A stretch of DNA of 64,000 bases from an uncultured Candidatus Rokubacteria bacterium (GTDB lineage Bacteria; Methylomirabilota; Methylomirabilia; Rokubacteriales; DASRDR01), in the NCBI GenBank assembly GCA_963708025.1, contig CAVPSB010000031.1:224001-288000 (forward strand), given 5' to 3'. Within the stretch, counting starts at the first letter, position 1; the number at the start of each line of letters is the position of its first letter. Shown piece after piece: positions 50,404 through 60,652 of this stretch. The position numbers were made by a program, and so were the translations under genes. The notes beneath the pieces were generated by a model, which ran no database searches, was not told the origin of the DNA, and saw only the letters and a list, made by a program, of their open reading frames with translations.

Positions 50404-51333
50404 ATGCGCGTCCTCTTCTACGGCACCCCGGCTTTCGCCCTGCCCACGCTCCGCGCCCTGCTCGCCCGGCACACCGTCGTCGCCGTGGTGACCCAGCCCG
50501 ACCGCCCGGCCGGCCGCGGCCAGCGGCTCCAGCCCTCGCCGGTCAAGCAACTCGCCCTCGCCCAGGGACTGCCGCTGCTCCAGCCGCCCCGCCTTCGCGA
50601 TCCGGACTGGGTCGCGCCGCTCCGGGCCTTCGACGCCGAGGTGGCCGTCGTCATCGCCTTCGGCCAGATCCTGCCCCGGGTCGTCCTCGACATTCCCGCT
50701 CGCGGCTCGATCAACGTCCACGCCTCGCTCCTCCCGCGCTACCGGGGCGCCGCCCCGATCGCGTGGGCGATCATCCGGGGCGAGCGCGAGACCGGCATCA
50801 CGACCTTCCAGATGGACGAGGGGATGGACACCGGGCCGATGCTGCTCCGGCGGGCCGTCGCGATCGGCCCCGAGGAGACGGCCGGGGAGCTGGCCGCGCG
50901 CCTGGCCGAGGTGGGCGCGGAGATGCTCCTGGAGACGCTCGACCGGCTGCCGGCCCTCACCCCGGCCCCCCAGGATCACGGGACGGCGACCCTGGCGCCC
51001 CGGCTCCGCAAGGAGGACGGTGCGCTCGACTGGACGCGGCCGGCGGCGGAGCTGGCGGCCCGGGTCCGCGGCGTCAACCCCTGGCCCGGCGCCGTCACCG
51101 CGACGCCCGTCGGGCGGCTCCTGGTGTGGCGGGCGCGGGCCGTGACCGGGCAGGGAGACCCCGGGGTCTTGACGCCGGCCGGCGGACGGCTCTACATCGG
51201 CAGCGGGGAGGGACTCCTGGAGCCGATCGAGGTCCAGCCCGAGAGCCGGCGGGTTCTGTCCTGGGAGACGTTCCTCCGCGGGGCGCGGCTCGAGCCGGGC
51301 GCCGTGTTCGGTGAGCATGTCCCGGCGCGGTGA
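50404..51333 (+). CDS. fmt: Methionyl-tRNA formyltransferase
   Basis: GTPAFA, TQPDRPAGRG, INVHASLLPRYRGAAPI and MDTG motifs. Confidence 0.96.
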   Translation: MRVLFYGTPAFALPTLRALLARHTVVAVVTQPDRPAGRGQRLQPSPVKQLALAQGLPLLQPPRLRDPDWVAPLRAFDAEVAVVIAFGQILPRVVLDIPARGSINVHASLLPRYRGAAPIAWAIIRGERETGITTFQMDEGMDTGPMLLRRAVAIGPEETAGELAARLAEVGAEMLLETLDRLPALTPAPQDHGTATLAPRLRKEDGALDWTRPAAELAARVRGVNPWPGAVTATPVGRLLVWRARAVTGQGDPGVLTPAGGRLYIGSGEGLLEPIEVQPESRRVLSWETFLRGARLEPGAVFGEHVPAR

Positions 51334-52706
51334 GCTGGCCGCCGCCCCGGCGCGGGAGCGTCGGGGGTCGGCGCGCGAGGTGGCGCTGGAGATCCTCCGC
51401 CGCGTCGAGCACGACCTCGCCTATCCGGACCCGCTCCTCGATCGCCTCCCGGTGCGGGCGGGCCTCGACGCCCGGGACCGGGGCCTGACGACCGAGCTGG
51501 TCTACGGCACGCTCCGCTGGCAGCGCTGGCTCGACTGGCAGTTGGGGCGCGTCTCGCGTCGCCCGGTCGGCGAGCTGCCCGGCTGGCTCCGCGCGCTGCT
51601 CCGCGCGTCGGCCTACCAGCTCGCCTTCCTGGACCGCATCCCGGCGCGCGCCGTGGTCCACGAGGCGGTGGAGCTGGCCAAGCGACGCCGCCGGCTCGGC
51701 GTTCCCCTGTTCGTCAACGCGGTGCTGCGCGCCCTCGCCGACGGTCCGCGCCCGTGGCCGGAGCCGGCGCCCGCCGACGCGGAGGACCCGGTTGACCGGC
51801 TCGCCCTCCGGACGTCGCAGCCGACCTGGCTCATGCGCCGCTGGGTGGCCCGCTACGGAGAGGCGGAGGCCGAGGCCCTCGCCCGGGCGCTCAACGAGCG
51901 GCCGCCCCTCACGCTCCGGGTCAACACCCTCCAGACCACCCGGGAGGCCCTGGTCGAGGCGCTCCGTCGCCACGGCGCCCGCGTGGCGCCCGGCCGCTGG
52001 GCTCCGGATGGGCTCGCGGTCGAGGAGGCCGGCGACCCCCGGGAGTTGGCGCCGCTCCGGGCCGGCTGGTGCGCGGTGCAGGACGAGGCGGCGATCCTGG
52101 TGGGACACGCGCTCGATCCGCAGCCGGGCGAGACCGTCGTTGAACGTCGGGGCCGCGCCGGGGACGAAGACCACGCACCTCGCCCAGCTCATGGAGAACC
52201 GTGGCCGCATTCTGGCCGTCGATCGCCAGCCGGCGCGGCTCGCCCGACTCCGGGCGGCGTGCCTGCAGATGGGGGCGCGCATCGTGGAGACCCACGAGAG
52301 TGGGGTGGAGGCGATCGCGCCGACGGTCGGCGCGGTCGCCGACCGTGTCCTCGTCGACGCGCCGTGCTCGAACCTCGGCGTCCTGCGCCGGAACCCCGAC
52401 GGCAAGTGGCGTCGCCAGGCGGCCGACCTGCCCGCGCTCGCCCAGGCTCAGGGCGCGATGCTCGACGCGGCGGCGAGTCTCGTGCGGCCGGGTGGGGTCC
52501 TCGTCTACGCCACCTGCTCGCTGGAGCCCGAGGAGAACGAGGAGGTCGTGGCCGCGCTCCGCGCGCGGCGGCCCGAGTTCGCGCCCGATCCCATGCCCGG
52601 GGCGATTCCGGCCCCGTGTCTGGACGCCCCCGACCGGCTGCGCACGTTCCCCCATCGCCACGGCACCGATGGCTTCACGGCCCACCGCCTGAGGAGACGC
52701 CCATGA
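51317..52706 (+). CDS. rsmB: 16S rRNA m5C967 methyltransferase (Sun/RsmB), apparent +1 frameshift at ~52142
   Basis: NusB-like N-terminal domain, LRVN and VQDE, then in the next frame AAPGTKT, DAPCS and YATCS..EENE. Removing one A from GTTGAAC (52139-52145) gives V-D-V-G-A-A-P-G. Confidence 0.9.
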
Positions 52707-53350
52707 TCAAGATCGCCCCCTCGATCCTCTCCGCTGACTACGCCATCCTCGCCGACGAGATCGCACGCGTCGAGGCGGGCGGCGCTGACGTCCTCCACGT
52801 CAACGTGATGGACGGCCACTTCGTCCCCAACATCACGATCGGCCTCCCGGTGGTCGAGGCCATCCGCAAGCGCACGCGGCTGCCGCTCGACCTCCACCTG
52901 ATGATCTCCAACCCGGACCCGTTCCTGGAGCGCTTCGTCAAGGCGGGCGGGGACTGGCTCACCGTGCACGTCGAGGCGTGCCCGCACCTCCACCGGACGC
53001 TCGGCCGGATCCGGGAGCTGGGCGCCCGGGCCGGCGTGGCGCTCAACCCCGCCACGCCGCCCGGGGTCCTCGACTATGCGATGGACAGCGCCGACCTCGT
53101 GCTCGTCATGTCGGTGAACCCGGGCTTCGGGGGGCAGAAGTTCATCCCGACCACCTACCCGAAGGTCCGCGACGTCCGGCAGCGGATCGGGGCCCGCGCG
53201 CTGGACGTGTCCATCGACGGCGGGGTGAAGTTCGAGCACGTGAAGCCGCTGGCCGACCACGGCGCCAGCGTCCTGGTCGCCGGCTCGGCCATCTTCGAGG
53301 CCAAGGACCCCGGCGCCGAGGTGCGCCGGATGCGGGAGGCCGCCGGCTAG
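52703..53350 (+). CDS. rpe: Ribulose-phosphate 3-epimerase
   Basis: IAPSILSAD, H-V-N-VMDGHFVPN, MSVNPGFGGQ, IDGG and VAGSAIF motifs. Confidence 0.94.
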   Translation: MIKIAPSILSADYAILADEIARVEAGGADVLHVNVMDGHFVPNITIGLPVVEAIRKRTRLPLDLHLMISNPDPFLERFVKAGGDWLTVHVEACPHLHRTLGRIRELGARAGVALNPATPPGVLDYAMDSADLVLVMSVNPGFGGQKFIPTTYPKVRDVRQRIGARALDVSIDGGVKFEHVKPLADHGASVLVAGSAIFEAKDPGAEVRRMREAAG

Positions 53351-53359
53351 GTCGGCGGG

Positions 53360-53470
53360 GAGGATGTCGCGCCCGAACTCGTCCGTGCCGAAGAGGTGGA
53401 GCCGGGCCGGCCGGTGCAGCCGCTCCGGGGGTTCGATCTCCAGGGGGTCGTACGGCGCCAGCCACGGGGC
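53360..53470 (-). pseudogene. Fragment of a peptide ABC permease (DppC/OppC N-terminal region)
   Basis: The minus strand reads APWLAPYDPLEI...HLFGTDEFGRDIL, with no start and no continuation. Confidence 0.7.
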
Positions 53471-54453
53471 AACGTGGCGCCGCTCGTCGGTCACGTGACG
53501 CTCCGGGCCACGGTCATGGGATACGCCCAGCGGCCGCCGACCGCCGAGGAGCTGGAGCGGATGCGGGGGCTGGCCCGGGAGGCGATGCGCGACGGCTGCT
53601 TCGGGCTCTCGACGGGGCTCGTCTATCCGCCCGGCGCCTACGCCGATACGGAAGAGCTCGTCGAGCTGGTCCGGGTCGTGGCCGAGGCCGGCGGCTTCTA
53701 CGCGAGCCACATCCGCGGTGAGGGGTACTCGCTCTTGCGCGCGGTGGCGGAGGCCCTCGAGATCGGCGAGCGCGCGGGGTTGCCGGTCCAGATCTCGCAC
53801 CACAAGGCGTCCTTCCGGCCCTACTGGGGGCGTCTCCGCCACGCGCTCCGGCTCTCGGAGTGGGCGCGAGAGCGCGGCCAGGACGTCGCGTTCGACGTCT
53901 ATCCCTACACGGCCGGCAGCGCGCCGCTGACCCAGATCGTCCCCGACTGGGCCCACGAGGGCGGGCTCCCCGTGCTGGTGGCCCGCCTGCGGGCCGCCGA
54001 GACGCGGGCGCGCCTCACCCGGGAGATCGCCGAGCAGGGCCGCGAGTGGGACCAGACGCTCGTCGCGTGGCTGCCGGACGGACCGGGCAAGGCCGACGAG
54101 GGGCGCTCGCTCGCGGAGGCCGCGGAGCGCCGGGGAACCGACCCCATCGCCGCGCTTTTCGCCCTCCTCGATGAGTCCGAGGGCCGGGCCATCATGGTCC
54201 ACTTCGTGATGGCCGAGGAGGACGTCCGGACCGCGCTCCGCCACCCCTTCGCCACGTTCGGGTCCGACGGCTGGGTGCTGACCCCCGCCGGCCCGCTCTC
54301 AGAGGGGAAGCCGCATCCGCGCTGCTACGGGACGTACCCGCGCATCCTCGGGCACTACGTGCGCGAGCTGAAGGTCCTCGGGCTGGAAGAGGCCGTGCAC
54401 AAGGCCGCCTACCGCCCGGCCGAGCGGCTCGGGCTCCGGGGCAAGGGACGCGT
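53471..54453 (+). pseudogene. Internal fragment of an N-acyl-D-amino-acid deacylase
   Basis: NVAPLVGH..R, GLSTGLVYPPG, SHIRGE, ISHHK, DVYPY, GSDG, HPRCYGTYPR and GLRGKGR are present, but the N-terminal metal-binding region and the C-terminus are missing. Confidence 0.75.
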
Positions 54454-54543
54454 CCGGAAGCGTCCCCCGTCTGCTACTCGACGTCTCTTCTGGCTTGGGG
54501 CACACGTCCTGCACCGCTCCGGCCATTTGCTCCGGCCATTTGC

Positions 54544-54572
54544 TTGACGAGCGGGGAAATCTCTTATAATCT
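54544..54572 (+). promoter_or_regulatory. Putative promoter of the ffh operon
   Basis: TTGACG followed by TATAATCT in an AT-rich patch about 50 nt before ffh. Confidence 0.6.
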
Positions 54573-54619
54573 AAGGTGCTTTCAGCGCTTCCAGCACACC
54601 GAAGCCCTGAGGTTTACCG

Positions 54620-55969
54620 ATGTTCGAAGCCCTGACGCAGCGCCTCGAAGGCATCTTCGACCGCCTCCGTGGAGCCGGCCGCCTGACCGAGGAGAACATT
54701 CAGGAGGCCCTCCGCGAAGTGCGCGTCGCCCTGCTCGAGGCCGACGTCAACTTCAAGGTCGTCAAGTCGTTCGTCGAACGGGTGCGCGAGCGAGCGGTCG
54801 GCCAGGACGTGCTGCGGAGCCTCACGCCCGGCCAGCAGGTGGTCAAGGTCGTGCACGCCGAGCTGGTGAGCCTGCTGGGCGAGTCGGCCACTCGCCTGAG
54901 CATGGCCCCGCGCCCGCCCACGGTCATCATGCTGATCGGGCTCCAGGGCTCCGGGAAGACGACGAGCGTCGCGAAGCTCGGCCGTCACTTCCAGCGCGAG
55001 GGCTTCCGGCCGCTGCTGGTCGCCGCCGACATCTACCGGCCGGCGGCGATCGACCAGCTCAAGATCCTCGGCGCGGAGCTCGGCATCCCGGTCCACGGGG
55101 CCGAGGGCCGCCGGCCGGTCGAGCTGGCCCGGGAAGCGGTGGAGCAGGCGGCCGCGCAAGGGCTCAACCCGGTCATCCTCGACACCGCCGGGCGGCTCCA
55201 CATCGACGAGGCGATGGTCGAGGAGCTGAAGCTCCTCCGCCGCGAGGTCACGCCGCATCACGTCCTGCTGGTGGTGGACGCCATGACCGGACAGGACGCC
55301 GTCACGATGGCCGAGCGCTTCAACGCGCAGGTGGGCTACGACGGCGTGATCCTGACGAAGCTGGACGGCGACGCCCGGGGCGGGGCGGCGCTCTCGATCC
55401 GGGCCGTGACCGGGCGGCCGATCGTCTTCTGCGGCGTCGGCGAGCGGACGGATGCCCTCGATCCCTTCCACCCCGACCGCATGGCCTCCCGGATCCTCGG
55501 CATGGGCGATGTCCTGTCGCTCGTCGAGAAGGCGCAGGCGACCGTGGACGCCCGGCAGGCCGAGGAGCTGGCCAGGAAGCTCCGCGAGGACAGCTTCACG
55601 CTGGAGGACTTCGCCGAGCAGCTCCGCCAGCTCCGGAAGATGGGGCCGCTGGATCAGATCATGGACATGGTGCCGTTCTTCAAGGGCGCCAAGCTCGGAG
55701 CGGACGAGCTGGACGGGGAGAGCCGGCAGCTCCGGCGCTTCGAGGCGATCATCGGCTCGATGACGCCGGAGGAGCGGCGGTCGCCGGCGATCATCAACGG
55801 GGACCGTCGCCAGCGGATCGCGCGAGGCAGCGGCACCTCGGTGTCGGACGTGAACCGGCTGCTCAAGCAGCACGCGCAGCTGCGGAAGATGATGAAGGGA
55901 CTCAAGGGCATGCAGGGGCGAGCAGGGATGAAGCAGCTTCGCCGGGCCATGCCGTTCCTCGAACCATAG
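54620..55969 (+). CDS. ffh: Signal recognition particle protein
   Basis: [31 protein letters not shown] and RILGMGD motifs. Confidence 0.97.
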   Translation: MFEALTQRLEGIFDRLRGAGRLTEENIQEALREVRVALLEADVNFKVVKSFVERVRERAVGQDVLRSLTPGQQVVKVVHAELVSLLGESATRLSMAPRPPTVIMLIGLQGSGKTTSVAKLGRHFQREGFRPLLVAADIYRPAAIDQLKILGAELGIPVHGAEGRRPVELAREAVEQAAAQGLNPVILDTAGRLHIDEAMVEELKLLRREVTPHHVLLVVDAMTGQDAVTMAERFNAQVGYDGVILTKLDGDARGGAALSIRAVTGRPIVFCGVGERTDALDPFHPDRMASRILGMGDVLSLVEKAQATVDARQAEELARKLREDSFTLEDFAEQLRQLRKMGPLDQIMDMVPFFKGAKLGADELDGESRQLRRFEAIIGSMTPEERRSPAIINGDRRQRIARGSGTSVSDVNRLLKQHAQLRKMMKGLKGMQGRAGMKQLRRAMPFLEP

Positions 55970-55985
55970 ACGGAGGAGACAGAAG

Positions 55986-56234
55986 ATGGCGGCTCGAATT
56001 CGGCTGCGGCGGACGGGCACGACCCGGCGCCCCACCTATCGGGTGGTGGTGGCGGACCAGCGGAGCCCCCGCGACGGGCGCTTCGTGGAGCACCTCGGGT
56101 ACTACAATCCCCTGACCAAGCCCCCCCAGCTCAAGATCGACACCGAGAAGGCGGCCGCCTGGCTGAAGAAGGGCGCCCTGCCGTCCAACACCGTCCGCCA
56201 CCTGCTGGCGCGGGCGGGGCTGCGCGTCGGCTGA
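55986..56234 (+). CDS. rpsP: 30S ribosomal protein S16
   Basis: [32 protein letters not shown]. Confidence 0.96.
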   Translation: MAARIRLRRTGTTRRPTYRVVVADQRSPRDGRFVEHLGYYNPLTKPPQLKIDTEKAAAWLKKGALPSNTVRHLLARAGLRVG

Positions 56235-56257
56235 GACCCCGGGGAGGACGCCCGACC

Positions 56258-56773
56258 ATGGAGCTGATCGCGGTCGGCCGTATCCTCCGCCCCCAGGGAC
56301 GGCGAGGAGAGGTCCGGGTGCAGCTCTTGACCGACGAGCCCGGCCGCCTGGCCGAGCTGACCGACTGCTATCTGGTCCCGCCCGAGGCCGGGGAGCCGGT
56401 CCGGATCGAGACCGTCTGGTTCCAGGGGCCGGTGCCGGTGGTCAAGCTGGCCGGGACCGACTCCATCGGAGCGGCCGAGGCGCTGGCCGGCCGCCTGCTG
56501 TCGATCCCCCGGGCAGCGGCGCGACCGCTCGCCGTTGATCGCTTCTATGCCTTCGACCTGCTGGGCTGCGCGGTGCGAACCCCGGACGGCCGGGCCCTGG
56601 GCGTGATCGCCGAGGTGAACCCCGGGCCGGCGCACGACTTCTGGGTGGTGCGGGCGGGGGAGCGGGAGTGGCTCCTTCCGGCCGTGACCGCGATGGTGGA
56701 GCGGGTGGATCTCGGGAGCCGGGTCGTGGTCGTGACGCCCCCCGACGGGCTGGTGGAGCTGGACGGGGCCTGA
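56258..56773 (+). CDS. rimM: Ribosome maturation factor RimM
   Basis: VGRI..PQG.RGEV and FY..DLLG motifs; position between rpsP and trmD. Confidence 0.92.
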   Translation: MELIAVGRILRPQGRRGEVRVQLLTDEPGRLAELTDCYLVPPEAGEPVRIETVWFQGPVPVVKLAGTDSIGAAEALAGRLLSIPRAAARPLAVDRFYAFDLLGCAVRTPDGRALGVIAEVNPGPAHDFWVVRAGEREWLLPAVTAMVERVDLGSRVVVVTPPDGLVELDGA

Positions 56774-57519
56774 TGCGCATCGACGTCGTCACCCTCTTCC
56801 CCCAGATGTTCCCCGGTCCGCTGGCCGAGTCGATGCTGCGCGTCGCCCGGGACAAGGGCGCGGCCGAGATCCGGGTCGTCGACCTCCGGGAATACACCGA
56901 GGGCCGGCATCGGGTCGCCGACGACTATCCCTTCGGCGGCGGTGGCGGGATGATCCTGAAGCCGGAGCCGCTGTTCCGGGCGGTCGAGGCGCTCCGGGGC
57001 CCCGAGACCCGGGTCGTCCTGCTGTGCCCGCAGGGCCCGACCTTCGGCCAGGCGACGGCCATCCGGCTGGCCACCGTCCCGCATCTCGTCCTCCTGTGCG
57101 GGCACTACGAGGGCGTCGACGAGCGGGTCCGGAGGCATCTGGCGGACGAGGAGCTGTCGATCGGCGACTACGTGCTGACCGGGGGCGAGCTGCCGGCGCT
57201 GGTCGTGATGGACGCGGTGGTCCGGCTCCTGCCGGGCGTCCTCGGTGACCCCGACGGCCCCGCCCGGGAGTCGTTCGCCGAAGGCCGGCTCGACTATCCG
57301 CAGTACACCCGCCCCGCCGAGTTTCGCGGCCACGGCGTGCCTGAGGTGCTCCTGTCGGGGGACCACGAGCGGATCGCCGCCTGGCGGCGCCGGGAGGCGC
57401 TCCGCCGAACGGTCGAGCGCCGGCCCGATCTCCTGGCGGGCGTGCCGCCCACGGATGAAGAGAAGCGCTGGCTGGCCGAGCTGCGGGAAAGCGCGCGCGG
57501 CTCGGGCCACGGGAACTAA
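56773..57519 (+). CDS. trmD: tRNA (guanine37-N1)-methyltransferase
   Basis: [31 protein letters not shown] and YPQYTRP motifs. Confidence 0.97.
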   Translation: MRIDVVTLFPQMFPGPLAESMLRVARDKGAAEIRVVDLREYTEGRHRVADDYPFGGGGGMILKPEPLFRAVEALRGPETRVVLLCPQGPTFGQATAIRLATVPHLVLLCGHYEGVDERVRRHLADEELSIGDYVLTGGELPALVVMDAVVRLLPGVLGDPDGPARESFAEGRLDYPQYTRPAEFRGHGVPEVLLSGDHERIAAWRRREALRRTVERRPDLLAGVPPTDEEKRWLAELRESARGSGHGN

Positions 57520-57544
57520 CTCAGAGCGTATGTGACGATTGGTT

Positions 57545-57608
57545 CCTCCGGCCCCCCCTCCCCCCAGTGGGTGGGGGAGGGGGTTGGGGGGTGGGCGGGA
57601 GGTCCCGA
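57545..57608. repeat. REP-like family A copy
   Basis: CCCCCTCCCCC-CAGTGGGT-GGGGGAGGGGG-TT-GGGGGGTGGGCGGGAGGTCCCGA. Confidence 0.7.
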
Positions 57609-57626
57609 ACGGAGAGGAGCGACGTC

Positions 57627-57986
57627 ATGGATGCGATCTCGGTCGTCGAGGCGAGCACGCTCAAGCGGGACCGGGGCGAGTTCGCGCCCGGGGACACCGT
57701 CCGCGTGCACGTCAAGGTCGTCGAAGGTGAGAAGGAGCGCGTGCAGATCTTCGAAGGCGTCGTCATCCGCAAGCGCGGGGAAGGCGCCCGGGCCAGCTTC
57801 ACGGTCCGGCGCGTGTCCTACGGCGTGGGCGTCGAGCGGACCTTCCCGCTCCACTCGCCGCGGGTCGATCGGGTCCAGGTGATGAAGTCGAGCCACGTGC
57901 GGCGCTCCAAGCTCTACTACCTGCGCGAGCGCACCGGCAAGGCGGCGCGCCTGAAGGAGAAGCGGACCACCGCCGCCCCCGCCTGA
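57627..57986 (+). CDS. rplS: 50S ribosomal protein L19
   Basis: [30 protein letters not shown] and [10 protein letters not shown] motifs. Confidence 0.97.
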   Translation: MDAISVVEASTLKRDRGEFAPGDTVRVHVKVVEGEKERVQIFEGVVIRKRGEGARASFTVRRVSYGVGVERTFPLHSPRVDRVQVMKSSHVRRSKLYYLRERTGKAARLKEKRTTAAPA

Positions 57987-57998
57987 GCCGGGCGTCCC

Positions 57999-58694
57999 GT
58001 GGGACGCAAGGCCGCGAGGCCCGTCCAGCCGGCGCTGTTCGACCTGGCCGAGGGCCTGTACGCCCAGGAGCAGGAGTTCTGGGCGCGCCGGCGCCACGTG
58101 GCCGGCGTGGACGAGGCGGGGCGCGGCCCGCTCGCGGGGCCGGTCGTCGCGGCGGCCGTGATCCTGGATCCCCGCCGGCCTCCCATCGACGGGCTGCGGG
58201 ATTCCAAGCTCCTCACCGCGCGGCAGCGGCGGCGGTTGGCCCGCGTGATCCGTGGCCAGGCCCTGGCGTGGGCCGTCTGCCGCGCCGGTCCGGGCCGCAT
58301 CGACGCGGACAACATCCTCCAGGCGACCTGGCACGCGATGCGCCGGGCGCTGTCGCGCCTGACGGTCGCGCCGGCCGCGGTGCTCGTCGATGGCCGGCTT
58401 CGCGTGCCTCGGCTCGACTGCCCGCAGCGCGCCATCGTCAAGGGCGACCGCCGCTGTGCGTCGATCGCGGCCGCCTCGATCCTGGCCAAGGTCGCCCGGG
58501 ACATCATCATGATCCGCGCGGACGGGCGCTATCCGGGTTACGGCTTCCGCCTCCACAAGGGGTACGCCACGGCGGCGCACCTCGAGGCGCTCGGCCGGCT
58601 GGGACCCTCGCCGATCCATCGCCGGAGCTTCCACGGCGTGGTCCGGGTGCTGGACCTCGGCCCGTCGATCCTTCCGCTGATTCCGCCGGAATAA
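57999..58694 (+). CDS. rnhB: Ribonuclease HII
   Basis: [31 protein letters not shown] and HKGY motifs. Confidence 0.95.
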   Translation: MGRKAARPVQPALFDLAEGLYAQEQEFWARRRHVAGVDEAGRGPLAGPVVAAAVILDPRRPPIDGLRDSKLLTARQRRRLARVIRGQALAWAVCRAGPGRIDADNILQATWHAMRRALSRLTVAPAAVLVDGRLRVPRLDCPQRAIVKGDRRCASIAAASILAKVARDIIMIRADGRYPGYGFRLHKGYATAAHLEALGRLGPSPIHRRSFHGVVRVLDLGPSILPLIPPE

Positions 58695-58716
58695 GCACCG
58701 CCGCCCGGGTCGGGTG

Positions 58717-60084
58717 ATGGGGTATCGGGTCGTCCGCCGTCTGGCCCGGTGGCTCCTGAGTCTCTTCTACGGGCGCGTCGAGGTGGTCGGCGCCGAGCGC
58801 ATCCCGCCATCCGGCCCCCTGATCCTGGTGGCCAATCACCAGAACGCCCTCGTGGACCCCATGCTCCTCATCGCCGCGGTGCCGCGGCGGCTCCGGCCCG
58901 TCGCCAAGGCGCCGCTGTTCCGCTACCCGGTCCTCGGCCCGCTCGTCCGCCTGGCCGGGGCGATTCCCGTGCACCGGCGGCACGATCCCGGGAGCGACCC
59001 CGCGCAGAACGCCGCGATGTTCGCGGCCGCCACCGCGACGCTGGCCGCCGGAGGCGCCGTCCTGATCTTCCCCGAGGGCGTGAGCCAGGCCGAGCCGCGG
59101 CTGATGCCGCTCCGGACCGGGGCGGCGCGCATGGCGCTCGCGGCGGCGGCGGCCGGCGTGACGCCGACCCTGCTTCCCGTGGGGCTCGTCTATCACGAGC
59201 CCGGCACGTTCCGCACCGGGCGCGCGATCGTCCTGGTCGGCGAGCCGGTGCCGCTCGTCGACGGCGCCGCCCTCCACGCGACGGCACCCGAGGCCGCCGT
59301 CCGCCAGCTCACGGATCGGCTGGAGACGGCGCTCCGCCGGCTCATCGTCGAGGCGCGCGATCGGCACGTGCTGGGGCTGGCGCGGGCGGCCGAAGCCATC
59401 TGGCGGGCAGAGGCGGGTGAGCCGGCCGCCGCCGGCGCGGGGGAGGCGCCCATCCCGACCGCGTGGCTCCAGCGGGCGCTCCGGGCCTATCGGTACCTGC
59501 TGGCCCGGGATCCCGATCGGATCCAGGCGCTGGTGCACGCGCTGGAGCGATACGCGCGGGACCTCGCGGGCGCGGGGGTCACCGACGCGCAGCTTTCCCG
59601 GAGTTACGCGCCGTCGGTCGTCCGGCGCTACGCGCTCCGCGAGGGCCTGCCCCTGCTCCTGGGGGTCCCGCTCGCCGCCCTGGGTCTCGTCGTTCACCTG
59701 CTGCCCTACCAGCTCACCCGGCTGGTCGTCCGGATCTTCCGGCCCGACCTCGACGCTGAGGCCACTTACAAGATTCTCGCGGGGGTGGTCCTTTATCCGC
59801 TCGGCTGGGCAGCGGAGGGCTGGCTGGTCTGGCGCCTGGGCGGCAGCCCGGCCCTCGTCCTCTTCGTCCTCCTGCTCGCCCCCACGGGCTTCTTCGCGCT
59901 CACGTGGTGGGAGCGCCTCGCGCGTGTCCGCCGCGAGGCGCGCGGCTTCCTGCACTTCGTGGTGCGCCGGGATCTCCACACCCGTCTGGGCGAGCGGCGA
60001 CGCGCCCTCGTCCGGGAGCTGGAGGCGCTGGCGGAGCAGGTACCCGAGACCGTGCTGGCCGCGGATCGCCAGGAGGCGGGGTAG
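58717..60084 (+). CDS. Lysophospholipid/glycerol-phosphate acyltransferase family membrane protein
   Basis: ANHQNALVD and IFPEG motifs; C-terminal TM helices. Confidence 0.88.
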   Translation: MGYRVVRRLARWLLSLFYGRVEVVGAERIPPSGPLILVANHQNALVDPMLLIAAVPRRLRPVAKAPLFRYPVLGPLVRLAGAIPVHRRHDPGSDPAQNAAMFAAATATLAAGGAVLIFPEGVSQAEPRLMPLRTGAARMALAAAAAGVTPTLLPVGLVYHEPGTFRTGRAIVLVGEPVPLVDGAALHATAPEAAVRQLTDRLETALRRLIVEARDRHVLGLARAAEAIWRAEAGEPAAAGAGEAPIPTAWLQRALRAYRYLLARDPDRIQALVHALERYARDLAGAGVTDAQLSRSYAPSVVRRYALREGLPLLLGVPLAALGLVVHLLPYQLTRLVVRIFRPDLDAEATYKILAGVVLYPLGWAAEGWLVWRLGGSPALVLFVLLLAPTGFFALTWWERLARVRREARGFLHFVVRRDLHTRLGERRRALVRELEALAEQVPETVLAADRQEAG

Positions 60085-60237
60085 CCGACCGGCACCGGCC
60101 ACGATCCGATACACCCCGTCGGCGGATCGGCTCGGCGATCGGCGCGCGCCCCGCTGACGGACTCCCGGAATCCGGCGCCGGCGTACGCGGTGCCGATGCC
60201 CGGCGCCCTGGCGCACCCCTTGCACCGCGGGTTCGCC

Positions 60238-60645
60238 ATGCCGACGAAGAAGGCGTTCCGGGGCTCGACTCCCCCGCTCGGTCAGCTCGGCGAGCAGATC
60301 GCGGCCCGCTATCTCGAGGCGCGCGGCTTCGAGATCCTGGCCCGCAACCTGCGGTCGCGCCTCGGGGAGATCGACCTCATCGCCCGGGATGGGCCGACGC
60401 TCGTCTTCGTCGAGGTGAAGACCCGGCGGGGCCGGCCGGCCGATCCGCCGCAGGCGGGCGTGGACGCGCGCAAGCGAACTCGGCTGGCCCGCCTCGCGCT
60501 CGACTACCTCGCGCGCGAGTGGCTGCGCGATCTGGCGTGCCGGTTCGACGTCGTCGCGGTGACCCTGGATCCCGACGATACGGGGGGTCCGCCCCGGGTC
60601 GAGCACTTCCCCGGTGCCTTCACCGCCGACGGCTGGAGCGGGTGA
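60238..60645 (+). CDS. yraN: YraN family (UPF0102) protein
   Basis: GEQIAARYL, GEIDLIA, LVFVEVKTR and RFDVV motifs. Confidence 0.92.
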   Translation: MPTKKAFRGSTPPLGQLGEQIAARYLEARGFEILARNLRSRLGEIDLIARDGPTLVFVEVKTRRGRPADPPQAGVDARKRTRLARLALDYLAREWLRDLACRFDVVAVTLDPDDTGGPPRVEHFPGAFTADGWSG

Positions 60646-60652
60646 GCCCGCG

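Noticed and set aside
51311-53350. RsmB-Rpe fusion (679 aa in the ORF track)
   Set aside because: An artefact of the +1 frameshift at ~52142; rpe has its own RBS and ATG at 52703.
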